Under the pieces are notes generated by a model. That model worked only from the letters and a program-made list of their open reading frames with translations. It was not told the origin of the DNA and did not search any database. Below are positions 8,514 to 19,445 of a DNA stretch of 64,000 bases, one piece after another (the stretch's first letter is position 1; every line of letters starts with the position of its first letter). This stretch comes from Coriobacteriia bacterium (GTDB lineage Bacteria; Actinomycetota; Coriobacteriia; Coriobacteriales; UBA8131). A program made the translations under genes and the position numbers. The DNA lies in the NCBI GenBank assembly GCA_009783085.1, contig WRHU01000004.1, positions 8,164 to 72,163 on the forward strand. Reading direction: 5' to 3'.

Positions 8514-9251
8514 CTATCCTTTTCTCGCACGGTCGTTGTTATCGTTTTTGCGTTGGTCTTTTTCCTGCTCGCTGCCAGCTTGTTCACTGATAGATTGTTT
8601 GCTGCCAGCCTGCTCGTTGTTCAAGCGCTCACGCTGAATATAGGCGTTCCAAACGTCAAGGGAGTCGGGGTGAATAAAGCGGTGGCGAGTAACCAGATGT
8701 TTCATGGTTATCTCGTAAGACTTTACAAACAGCTCCTCAAGCGAAATCTTTCCCACCAGCTCACGGAGCGTCGCCAAATTGCCTCGGGTACGCAAAGGTT
8801 CAATCATATCTGCAATGTAGACCACCATATCAAGGTCAGTCATATCAGCAGCAGCCGAGGTATGACGAGCAACCGCCTGAATAACCTTAGGAGAAAGCTC
8901 TGAGAACTCCTCGGCAAGCGCACAGGCACCCGTTTGTGCGTGAAGCAGGGCAACCATGTCGTCCTCGAAAGCACTAATGGTAACGCCAAACTTACGAGCC
9001 CGCTCGGTGAGTTCTTTGTCGGAATGATTTTTATCCCAATCATGAAGCAAGCCGGCAATACGTGCTTCCTCGACATCAACGCCGTAAACCTTTGCCATGG
9101 CAGCAGCGGTGTCGGCAACAGAAACCGAATGTATAAAGCGGTAATTGGTAAGGCGTTTTTCAAGCTCTTTGCGAGCTTTTGCGTAGAACTTCGCCTGTTT
9201 TTCGCTTGCGTCTTTAGCCATAAAGACCATGCTTTTCAATATAAAACTCAA
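8514..9251 (-). CDS. yqeK: HD-domain bis(5-prime-nucleosyl)-tetraphosphatase YqeK; start may be 9221
   Basis: RFIHSVSVADTA...AGLLHDWDK HD motif. Sits in the conserved nadD-yqeK-rsfS order. Confidence 0.85.
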   Translation of the reverse strand: MSFILKSMVFMAKDASEKQAKFYAKARKELEKRLTNYRFIHSVSVADTAAAMAKVYGVDVEEARIAGLLHDWDKNHSDKELTERARKFGVTISAFEDDMVALLHAQTGACALAEEFSELSPKVIQAVARHTSAAADMTDLDMVVYIADMIEPLRTRGNLATLRELVGKISLEELFVKSYEITMKHLVTRHRFIHPDSLDVWNAYIQRERLNNEQAGSKQSISEQAGSEQEKDQRKNDNNDRARKG

Positions 9252-9927
9252 CTGCCTTTGGTATCAAATCCTCCACCGCCAAACCTTCTTGTATTCGTTT
9301 GCGAACAAGGCTTGAGGATACCGCAACAGGAGGCATTTCAAACGGCAGAATCGTAAATTGTTGCAAAGCGGTTTTTTGTTCTGCTGCTTCTTGTGATAAA
9401 ACCGCCTGCTCGCTGCCTGCTCGCTGGGCACTTAAGACCGTAACGAGCTTGGCAATCTCGCCTGCCTCTTTCCATGTGGGCAAATCGTTAGTGGTATCGC
9501 TGCCACAGATAAAAAAGAGTGCGGCGCGCTTGCTGAAAGTTTCGGCAAGCGCGCGCAACGTATCTATAGTATATGTTGCACCTTCTCGGTCAATCTCTAT
9601 GCGTGAAGCATCAAAATGGGGCACCTCGGCAAGGGCGGCTTGCAGCATGGCGTAACGATGCTCTGCAGAAGCGTGAAAGCTTGCCATTTTACGCACGGGC
9701 AAACCCGTAGGCACAAGCAAGACACCATCAAGATTAAAGGCTTCATAGGCAGCTTGCGCCAAGGCAAGATGACCCACGTGCAACGGGTCAAAGGTTCCGC
9801 CAAAGAAACCCAACTTAAAGGGTGCATCAGGGCTCGCTGCAGCGATAAGCTCGTCAAAACGAGGGCTTATACCCGCAGCCTTTTTGCAGCAGCAGGGGCT
9901 CACAGCACTCCCCTCGCCCAAACGCAA
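9214..9927 (-). CDS. nadD: nicotinate-nucleotide adenylyltransferase; start uncertain
   Basis: GFFGGTFDPLHVGHLALA (H/TxxH nucleotidyltransferase motif) and ISSSLVRKR near the C-terminus. Confidence 0.9.
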   Translation of the reverse strand: MRLGEGSAVSPCCCKKAAGISPRFDELIAAASPDAPFKLGFFGGTFDPLHVGHLALAQAAYEAFNLDGVLLVPTGLPVRKMASFHASAEHRYAMLQAALAEVPHFDASRIEIDREGATYTIDTLRALAETFSKRAALFFICGSDTTNDLPTWKEAGEIAKLVTVLSAQRAGSEQAVLSQEAAEQKTALQQFTILPFEMPPVAVSSSLVRKRIQEGLAVEDLIPKAVEFYIEKHGLYG

Positions 9928-9957
9928 GCCACAAAGCCTCTTGTCACCGCAAGCACT

Positions 9958-11235
9958 CTAGCCACGAATCTGACCATCTCCCTCAAGCGTAAACTTGGTT
10001 GAGGTTAAAGCATCTAAGCCCATGGGACCTCGTGCGTGAAGCTTTTGGGTGGAAATGCCAATCTCAGCACCGAGGCCAAACTCTGCACCATCGGTAAAGC
10101 GTGTCGAGGCATTTGCATATACGGCTGACGAATCCACCTCACGCAAGAAGCGAGAAACTGTTGCATAATCCTGACTCAAAATCGTCTCTGAGTGGTGCGT
10201 ACTGTAGGTGTTGATATGCTCAATCGCCTCAGCCACGCCGCTTACACACTTAATTGAAATCTCGAGGTCAAGATACTCCCTACCCCAATCCTCCTCGGTT
10301 GCCTTGACGGCTGCCGCAGCAAGCTCGCCACCGAGCTCTTGGGCCAGCGCAAAAATAGTTTCATCGGCATGGATAACTACCTTGTGTTCTGCCAGCGCAA
10401 CAAGCATGTCGGGCGCAAGCAAAGCGGCTGCCTCCTCGTCTATGAGAATGGACTCTATGGCATTGCACACGCCCGGACGCTGCGTTTTTGCGTTGATAGC
10501 AATTGGCACAATCATGCTTTTATCGGCATCTTTATGAATATAGAGATGACAGTTGCCCTCGCCCGTTTCTATGACCGGAACCTTAGCATTTTCAATCGTT
10601 GAGCGAATGAGCGAAGCAGAGCCACGAGGGATAAGCACGTCGATAAGCCCTACGAGCTGCATAAGCTCGGTAGTTGCTGCACGGTCGGTTGTTTCGATTG
10701 ACTGAAGCCAGTTTTTTGGCAGTCCTGCCGCCACGCCCGCCTCATACAGCACCTTGGTCATAGAGAGATTAGAGTAATTTGCCAGCGAACCACCACGCAA
10801 AACACAAGCGTTTGCCGTTTTAAGGCACAAACCAGCGGCATCGGCAGTGACGTTAGGGCGTGCCTCATAAATCATTGCCACCACACCAAGCGGCACTCTA
10901 AGCCGGGTGAGTTTAAGCCCGTTATACAGCGTGCGTCCCTCGGTAACCGTGCCAATGGGGTCTGTTTCTCGGGCGAGCTGCCTAAGAGCATCGGCGATAC
11001 CCGCTATGCGCTCAGCATTAAGCATAAGGCGATCAATAAGCGGCTCTGCAGTTCCTCCCGCACGAGCAGCCTCGACATCTCTAGTGTTTTCTGCAATGAG
11101 ATAGTCCTTGTTCTCAACAAGAGCATCTGCCATCTTAAGGAGCGCTGCGTTGCGTGTAGTAGCGTCAATTTGTGCCAGCGCACGTGCTGCTACCTGTGCC
11201 TGCTGCGCCTTAGTCAAAACCTCACTTGCTGCCAT
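9958..11235 (-). CDS. proA: glutamate-5-semialdehyde dehydrogenase (gamma-glutamyl phosphate reductase)
   Basis: 425 aa; aldehyde dehydrogenase fold with the catalytic CNAIESILI motif and proA-typical ends. Confidence 0.95.
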   Translation of the reverse strand: MAASEVLTKAQQAQVAARALAQIDATTRNAALLKMADALVENKDYLIAENTRDVEAARAGGTAEPLIDRLMLNAERIAGIADALRQLARETDPIGTVTEGRTLYNGLKLTRLRVPLGVVAMIYEARPNVTADAAGLCLKTANACVLRGGSLANYSNLSMTKVLYEAGVAAGLPKNWLQSIETTDRAATTELMQLVGLIDVLIPRGSASLIRSTIENAKVPVIETGEGNCHLYIHKDADKSMIVPIAINAKTQRPGVCNAIESILIDEEAAALLAPDMLVALAEHKVVIHADETIFALAQELGGELAAAAVKATEEDWGREYLDLEISIKCVSGVAEAIEHINTYSTHHSETILSQDYATVSRFLREVDSSAVYANASTRFTDGAEFGLGAEIGISTQKLHARGPMGLDALTSTKFTLEGDGQIRG

Positions 11236-11258
11236 TTTTTCTCCTTTGCTCGTGACTT

Positions 11259-13920
<2,662 letters not shown>

Positions 13921-13994
13921 CTACTTTCTTAACTCTCTCAATTTCCTCCGCAAAGCACAAGCAGCGAGCCCGCACTTTGCCTATACAAGCCTAT

Positions 13995-14025
13995 ACAAAA
14001 ACCCCCTGTTATAGGCAACAGGGGG
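13995..14025 (-). terminator. rho-independent terminator after rpmA
   Basis: On the minus strand, CCCCCTGTT-GCCTAT-AACAGGGGG (9-bp stem at 14002-14010 / 14017-14025) is followed by TTTTTG. Confidence 0.6.
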
Positions 14026-14073
14026 CTCGAAGTTCAGCACTGCAAAGATGCTGCGATAAGAGTAAAAACCCTC

Positions 14074-14328
14074 TTAGGCCTTTATCAGTCGCACGTGTAC
14101 TTTGCGCTTGTTGCCATGCGTAAACTCAAGGATACCATCTTTGAGAGCAAAGAGGGTATCGTCGCTACCGCGCCCAACGTTTTCGCCGGGGTGAATGTGC
14201 GTTCCGCGCTGACGAACGATGATGTTGCCGGTAGTAACCGACTCACCAGCGAAGCGCTTAACGCCAAGTCGTTTTGCCTTGGAATCACGACCGTTGCGCG
14301 ATGAGCCAAGTCCCTTTTTATGTGCCAT
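14074..14328 (-). CDS. rpmA: 50S ribosomal protein L27 (no N-terminal pro-peptide)
   Basis: [24 protein letters not shown]...[10 protein letters not shown]. Confidence 0.97.
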   Translation of the reverse strand: MAHKKGLGSSRNGRDSKAKRLGVKRFAGESVTTGNIIVRQRGTHIHPGENVGRGSDDTLFALKDGILEFTHGNKRKVHVRLIKA

Positions 14329-14440
14329 TTCTCAAACCCTCTTTCTTAACGTTCAGCCACCTAGGTTACGTGGCTTTTCTTGCCTTAAATCGATTGCCCT
14401 GCTAAAGCTTGTTCTGCTAAAGCCTATTCTGTTGAACCTA

Positions 14441-14570
14441 CTCTGCCGAAGCCTCAGCCTTTTTGGTAGGAGCCTTACTCAGCATCAGCCTTTTTGGCGG
14501 GAGCCTTACTCAGCGTCAGCTTTTTTGGCGGGAGCCTTACTCAGCATCAGCCTTTTTGGTAGGAGCCTTA
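14441..14570. repeat. 31-bp tandem repeat, about 4 copies, spanning the rplU stop codon
   Basis: The unit AGCCTTACTCAGCATCAGCCTTTTTGGCGGG starts at 14471, 14502 and 14533, with degenerate copies at both ends. Confidence 0.9.
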
Positions 14571-15460
14571 CGAGCAGGCTTTTTCTCAGCTTCTTCTTTT
14601 ACGGTATCCGCTGCGTCCTTGGTAGCCTTGGCGGTTTTTGCAGCTGCTGTTTTAGCAGTAGTCTTAGCTGCAGAAGCCGTCTTGCTTGCCGTAGTTTTAG
14701 CGGCGGTTGTTGTCTTTTTAGCGGCTGCCGTGGTCTTGCTTGCTGTTTTTGCAGCAGCAGTCTTGGCAGCAGCAGGTGCCTTGGCTGCAGTTTCCTTAGC
14801 AGCGGTTGCTGCCTTGGCGGCAGCTGAAGTCGTCTTTTTGGCAGCCGTTGCTGTTTTGGCAGCGGTCTTGGTTGCCGTTTCCTTTGCTGCGGTTGTTGCT
14901 TTTTCTGCAGCAGCCGTAGTCTTGGCGGCGGTAGTCTTGGCAGCAGCCTCAACCTTTTCAACCTTCTCCGCAGCTTTTTCAATAACTTTCTCAGGAGCCT
15001 TCTCGACTACCTTCTCGGCAACCGTCTTAGCAGCTGGTGCTTTCTCGGCAGTTACCTTTTTGGGAGCAGGCGCAGACTTGGGAGCAGCACTCTTGGGAGC
15101 GGCACTCTTAGCAGGCGCACTCTTAGGAGTGGTACCCTTAGGAGCAGTGCCCGTCAAGCTAATGCTCTTTACCTCAAGGGCAGTCAATTTTTGACGATGC
15201 CCACGCAGGCGCTTATAGCCCTTGCGCTTTTTGAACTTAAAGATGAGCTGCTTGTCAGCCTTAATCTGGTCGATAACCTCAGCAAAAACTTTTGCCTTAG
15301 CAAGCTTATCGGCGTCCATAATAAGGTTTGAGCCGTCAGCGATAAAGATAGCCTCAAGCGCAACCATCTCGCCTGGCTCAGCTACCAACTTCTCAACTTC
15401 GAGAAAATCGCCCTCGGCGACCTTATATTGTTTTCCTCCGGTTGCAACAATTGCGTACAT
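14537..15460 (-). CDS. rplU: 50S ribosomal protein L21 with an Ala/Lys/Thr-rich C-terminal extension of about 200 aa
   Basis: The first ~100 aa are canonical L21 ([14 protein letters not shown]...[16 protein letters not shown]). The remainder is low-complexity AKT/AKP repeat. Confidence 0.9.
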   Translation of the reverse strand: MYAIVATGGKQYKVAEGDFLEVEKLVAEPGEMVALEAIFIADGSNLIMDADKLAKAKVFAEVIDQIKADKQLIFKFKKRKGYKRLRGHRQKLTALEVKSISLTGTAPKGTTPKSAPAKSAAPKSAAPKSAPAPKKVTAEKAPAAKTVAEKVVEKAPEKVIEKAAEKVEKVEAAAKTTAAKTTAAAEKATTAAKETATKTAAKTATAAKKTTSAAAKAATAAKETAAKAPAAAKTAAAKTASKTTAAAKKTTTAAKTTASKTASAAKTTAKTAAAKTAKATKDAADTVKEEAEKKPARKAPTKKADAE

Positions 15461-15701
15461 TTATAACCTTCCCTAACCTATTCCTGCATAAAACACAAGG
15501 TACCATGGTAACAGTGACCACAGAGCAAGTCAACAAAAAATATCACAAATAGCCATAAAATGACCAGAAAATGCCGATAAAACGCTACCTCACACCCTTG
15601 GACGTGAGTTTTGAGCTTTTTTTGCGCACTCAAGAGTGCTTTTTACACATCTTTTGCACGTTATTAGACGCTTCAAGGAGGTGCAGAAATCTAAGCGCCA
15701 G

Positions 15702-16226
15702 CTAAGCGCCACTCGCATTCGCCAGCGGTGCAGGCATAACATAGGTGCGTGCGCCATACTCTTGGTCAAGCTCGTACAGTGCCTTGGAGTCAGCGCCAAA
15801 AAGCTTCATCTTAGTAATCATGTCGTTGGCAGCCTCTTCCTCCTCACCCTGCTCGGCAACAAACCAATCGAGGAACTGCATGGTACGAAAATCACGTACC
15901 TCGTGCGCAGCCGCATATATCTCGTTAATCGAAGCCGTAACCGTAAGCTCATGCTCATACGCAAACGTAAGCGGGTCCATAAAGCTGGCAAGCTTCTTGT
16001 CGGGCTGAGCAATCGCCGCAAGCTCAACCTTGCAATTGTTCGCAATAAGATAGTTGCGCATGATAAGCGCATGGTCGCGCTCCTCGGCAGCTTGCACCAT
16101 GTAATAGCTCGCAAAGCCATTCAAACCTTCGTCGGCGTAATAATTCGCAAAATCAACGTAGAGATACGCAGAATACAATTCCCGGTTGATTTGCCTGTTG
16201 AGAAGATCTTGTACTTTTTTGTCCAT
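15702..16226 (-). CDS. ftnA: ferritin (non-heme, Ftn type)
   Basis: The internal ATG at 16226 has an AAAGGA SD. Product: MDKKVQDLLNRQINRELYSAYLYVDFANYY...AAEERDHAL...EHE, which carries the ferroxidase residues. Confidence 0.9.
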   Translation of the reverse strand: MDKKVQDLLNRQINRELYSAYLYVDFANYYADEGLNGFASYYMVQAAEERDHALIMRNYLIANNCKVELAAIAQPDKKLASFMDPLTFAYEHELTVTASINEIYAAAHEVRDFRTMQFLDWFVAEQGEEEEAANDMITKMKLFGADSKALYELDQEYGARTYVMPAPLANASGA

Positions 16227-16282
16227 GGTAGTCCTTTCTTGGTAGTAAGCCCACATATACCGCTTTCTATTATACGCAAAGT

Positions 16283-16368
16283 GTGCGGAGCTGCGGGCGA
16301 GGGCAGCATGAATAAAGTGCTTCCCGTGTGGAGCTGCGGGCGAGGGCAGCATGAATAAAGTGCTTCCC
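16283..16368. repeat. 43-bp direct tandem duplication in the ferritin / beta-propeller divergent intergenic region
   Basis: 16283-16325 and 16326-16368 differ at one base. A 14-bp duplication (CAAAGTCCTCTCTA x2) follows at about 16381-16410. Confidence 0.9.
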
Positions 16369-16552
16369 GTGCGGGCGGGCTCAAAGTCCTCTCTACAAAG
16401 TCCTCTCTATAAGCCGTGCGGGTTTTGGACAAGCTCGCCTCCAAACAAAATGAAGTATTTGCCGAGAAGCCCGACACTTGCCCAAGTTCAATCGTATTGT
16501 AAATAAGAATGTGTAGGCACAAACAGTTTTTTGAAGAAACAAGGAGATTGCC

Positions 16553-18784
16553 ATGAACAAAAAGATCTTTTCAAAAGCAGCAACACGCACGCGAAACGCT
16601 GCTGCACAAAAAAGAGCTCGCCGCTCGCTCAGCCTTGCCCTCGCGCTGGCACTTACACTCGCTCTCGCGCTGCCACAACTTGTGGGCTGCGATTTTCCCG
16701 TTCCTCCTCAAGGGCCGTTTCCGCCAGATACCCCAACCCTTCAGCCAGAAACTCCCTCGCTTGCCGCCAAGGCTGCAAACTCAAAGTCGTATGCACAGGT
16801 GTATGAGGCCTTGAACAAGCTCTACGAGGAGCAGCAGGCACGTTATAGTGACTATGACTATGACGACGATGGAGTTGTATATGATGCGGTAATACCTATG
16901 GAGGCTCCGACTGACACTATCGCTGCACCTGAGGTAGAAAGAAGCCCTGCGCCAACAGCGCCTACCATTAAAGAAGTTGAAGCCCCCAGCAACGAGAAAT
17001 ACTCCGAGGACGGTTATTCATCGGGCAGTTCGTCGGATTACTCAGAAACAAATGTCCAAGTCGAGGGCATTGACGAGGCAGACATCGTAAAAACCGACGG
17101 CACCAACATTTATATTCTCTCAGGCTCAAGCATTGTCATCGTGCGCGCTCAGGGGCAATACACAAAAGAAATAGCAGAGATAGACTTAGAGCCACTGGTA
17201 AACAGGAAAGGAACAATGAGCTATTACGCTACGTGTGAGTTCTTTGTAAGTGGCAATCGCCTTATTTTTCTCTATGAATACAGCCTTTTTGAACGCCCCA
17301 AAAAAGCTCCCTCACTGTTTGGCATGAGGGATAACCATCAAGACTCTACCTATTCAAACCAACGAGCGGTTACGTGGGTTGCCTGCTACGACATCAGCTC
17401 TATTTCCAAAGAGAATAGTGCTGGCATCTACGATAAGGATGCCCTACCCGCAACCAGTGAGCCTGATATTCCTCTCGTTAGCGTGTTTGGACAAGACGGC
17501 AGCTACGTTTCATCTCGTTTGCAAGGGGACATTTTGTATCTTGCGAGCAGCCATGAGGTCGGCAATTTTTCGGTAGCAAAGCCTGAGAAACCTGAGGGAT
17601 TTGTTCCGTGTAGCTACACAGGCGATACGGCTACCGTACTCAAACCTCAAAACATTACGATACCGCAAAGCGCAGATACCATGAGTTACTCCGTTGTTAC
17701 TTCTCTCGATGTTAAAAAGGGCGAGCGCATTGCTCAGCAGTCTGTTCTTGGCACCGCCGATACGCTTTACATGAGCCGCAACAATCTCTACCTCGCAAAT
17801 CGAGTTTATAAAAATCAGGAACAGAACTCCTACAAAGACGGTTCCTTTACGGTCACTGAAGTGCAAAGTGGTTTCTATACGCAGCTACTCAAGTTTTCGA
17901 TTGAAAAAGGGGCTATTAAGTTTAAGGCTCAATCCATCATGCCAGGCGAGCTTCTCAATCAGTTTTCGCTTGATGAGTACGAGGGGCACCTCCGCCTTGT
18001 GACCACCGTTGACCTATACCAATATCGCACCATTACGGACGAAAAGGGCAGCTTTTTTGAGCAGGATAATGCCTACGAGCCGCATACCAATGCACTGTTT
18101 GTGCTGGACAGAAACCTTGAGCTTGTTGGAAGCGTCGAGGGCCTTGCCAAAGACGAGCGGGTCTATTCGGTTCGGTTTGCTGGGCCGGTTGGTTACTTTG
18201 TTACCTTTAGACAAGTTGATCCGCTCTTTACGGTTGACTTGTCTGATCCCAAAGCACCAGAGGTAAAAAGTGCGCTCAAAATCCCTGGCTTTTCTACCTA
18301 TTTGCACGAATACGCGCCAAACCGTTTGTTTGGATTGGGAGAGGCTGCTGACGAGGACGGCTTTATCGAGGGGCTCAAGCTCAGCATGTTTGACACAACC
18401 AACCTTCACAAGGTTTCTGAAAAACACAGGTTGGCGGTTGGCGAAGAATACTGGTATGCCGAAGCTCTTGATAATCATAAGGCACTACTTATTGACCCCA
18501 AAAACAACCTGATTGGCTTTGCAAGCGAGGATAGATACCTTATTTACGGGTATTCAGATGCACAAGGTTTTTATCTGCGAGCAAGCCTACCTATCGCAAG
18601 TAGCTATCATAATCAGTATCGCGGGCTTTATATTAACGACTATTTTTACGTATGTTCAGCAATAAACGTTGACGTCTATGCGCTCAAGGATTTTAGTTTA
18701 CAGCGGGAGCTTGAGCTTACGGAATACGACGGGTTTAACTACGATGAACCCTACGACGACGATGATGACTATTGGATTGAATAA
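16553..18784 (+). CDS. beta-propeller domain lipoprotein (Beta_propel / PF09826-like)
   Basis: Lipobox LVGC after the signal peptide. Family-typical motifs NVQVEGIDEADIVKTDGTNIYIL and VRFAGPVGYFVTFRQVDPLFTVDLSDPKAPEV...IPGFSTYLH. Confidence 0.8.
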   Translation: MNKKIFSKAATRTRNAAAQKRARRSLSLALALALTLALALPQLVGCDFPVPPQGPFPPDTPTLQPETPSLAAKAANSKSYAQVYEALNKLYEEQQARYSDYDYDDDGVVYDAVIPMEAPTDTIAAPEVERSPAPTAPTIKEVEAPSNEKYSEDGYSSGSSSDYSETNVQVEGIDEADIVKTDGTNIYILSGSSIVIVRAQGQYTKEIAEIDLEPLVNRKGTMSYYATCEFFVSGNRLIFLYEYSLFERPKKAPSLFGMRDNHQDSTYSNQRAVTWVACYDISSISKENSAGIYDKDALPATSEPDIPLVSVFGQDGSYVSSRLQGDILYLASSHEVGNFSVAKPEKPEGFVPCSYTGDTATVLKPQNITIPQSADTMSYSVVTSLDVKKGERIAQQSVLGTADTLYMSRNNLYLANRVYKNQEQNSYKDGSFTVTEVQSGFYTQLLKFSIEKGAIKFKAQSIMPGELLNQFSLDEYEGHLRLVTTVDLYQYRTITDEKGSFFEQDNAYEPHTNALFVLDRNLELVGSVEGLAKDERVYSVRFAGPVGYFVTFRQVDPLFTVDLSDPKAPEVKSALKIPGFSTYLHEYAPNRLFGLGEAADEDGFIEGLKLSMFDTTNLHKVSEKHRLAVGEEYWYAEALDNHKALLIDPKNNLIGFASEDRYLIYGYSDAQGFYLRASLPIASSYHNQYRGLYINDYFYVCSAINVDVYALKDFSLQRELELTEYDGFNYDEPYDDDDDYWIE

Positions 18785-18840
18785 TTGCGGAACAATCCCT
18801 CCTCCTTCCTGCTAGCAGGGGCAAGCTGGCAGGAATAAAC

Positions 18841-18878
18841 GAACCCCCAGCTCCGCGCTTGCGCGGAGCTGGGGGTTC
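18841..18878 (+). terminator. perfect 17-bp stem hairpin downstream of the beta-propeller gene (no clear U-tract)
   Basis: GAACCCCCAGCTCCGCG-CTTG-CGCGGAGCTGGGGGTTC. Confidence 0.5.
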
Positions 18879-19068
18879 ACGTTAACCCACAACAATATGC
18901 AAATCGCACGTGGTGGAGCTTTTATTTCTTATTGACCTTAATGGTTACGGTTGGCGCAGCTGTCACTGCAACGTGCAGGGTGTCTGCGCCGCATGGGTGC
19001 CCCCTACAAGATGACGGTTGGAGCGGCGGCTGCAGCAACGCTAATGGTGTCCATACCGCAGGTCGTGT

Positions 19069-19098
19069 TTGCATTGGCGGCGTGCTTTGCGGTACAAT
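19069..19098 (+). promoter_or_regulatory. putative sigma-70 promoter for the tRNA-Met/tRNA-Asn unit
   Basis: TTGCAT (19069-19074), 18-nt spacer, TACAAT (19093-19098), about 29 nt upstream of the tRNA. Confidence 0.4.
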
Positions 19099-19126
19099 CC
19101 TCAAGCGCACCTTCGGCAAGGAATCT

Positions 19127-19201
19127 GGGCCCTTAGCTCAATGGTGGAGCAGGGGACTCATAATCCCTTGGTTGTAGGTTCGAATCCTACAGGGCCCACC
19201 A
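19127..19201 (+). tRNA. tRNA-Met (anticodon CAT), elongator-type; Ile2 (lysidine) not excluded; CCA encoded
   Basis: Manual cloverleaf: acceptor GGGCCCT/AGGGCCC, D stem GCTC/GAGC, anticodon stem GGGGA/TCCCT with loop CTCATAA, T stem GTAGG/CCTAC. The G1-C72 pair argues against an initiator. Confidence 0.9.
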
Positions 19202-19288
19202 TGCTCACAGTGTGTTATACTAGGCAACCGCATTATGCGGCAAGAACTGAATACGGCACTAAATGACATCATGCCGTGCCAGATTTAT

Positions 19289-19363
19289 TCCTCGGTAGCT
19301 CAATGGCAGAGCATCCGGCTGTTAACCGGAGGGTTGTAAGTTCGAATCTTACCCGGGGAGCCA
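19289..19363 (+). tRNA. tRNA-Asn (anticodon GTT); CCA encoded
   Basis: Acceptor TCCTCGG/CCGGGGA, D stem GCTC/GAGC, anticodon stem TCCGG/CCGGA with loop CTGTTAA, T stem GTAAG/CTTAC. Confidence 0.9.
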
Positions 19364-19372
19364 AAAAATCAA

Positions 19373-19401
19373 ACGACCCCACAACGCGTGGGGTCGTTTT
19401 T
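19373..19401. terminator. bidirectional rho-independent terminator between tRNA-Asn and the convergent htrA
   Basis: ACGACCCCAC-AACGC-GTGGGGTCGT, with a T-run downstream on the plus strand and an A-run upstream (a T-run for the minus strand). Confidence 0.7.
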
Positions 19402-19445
19402 CATCTTTGCTAGAAGCGTTGCACTCGCTACTCTGAGAGCGAGGG

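Noticed and set aside
14329-14536. A Prp (L27 N-terminal protease) gene between rplU and rpmA, as found in Firmicutes
   Set aside because: The spacer has no ORF, and L27 starts directly with the mature MAHKKG sequence, so no pro-peptide processing is expected.
14463-15194. 243-aa Ala/Val/Leu-rich plus-strand ORF and other ORFs overlapping the L21 tail
   Set aside because: They are mirror images of the AKT-rich repeat coding region. Low-complexity sequence keeps several frames open, and there is no SD or independent support.
15461-15701. L21 leader RNA or another ncRNA upstream of rplU
   Set aside because: Only a promoter-like TTGACT...TACCAT pair and a short palindrome (TACCATGGTA) are visible. 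I cannot support a structured leader by eye.
18932-19177. 81-aa and 61-aa ORFs across the region upstream of, and into, tRNA-Met
   Set aside because: They overlap a well-folded tRNA gene and its promoter. The repeat-encoded similarity to the start of ORF 8041-8460 is better explained at the DNA level, as a dispersed repeat.
18785-19445. Integrase, prophage or genomic island at the tRNA-Met/tRNA-Asn locus (also checked at tRNA-Thr, 32062)
   Set aside because: There is no integrase or transposase ORF, and no direct repeat of a tRNA 3-prime end nearby. The flanking genes are ordinary chromosomal genes.
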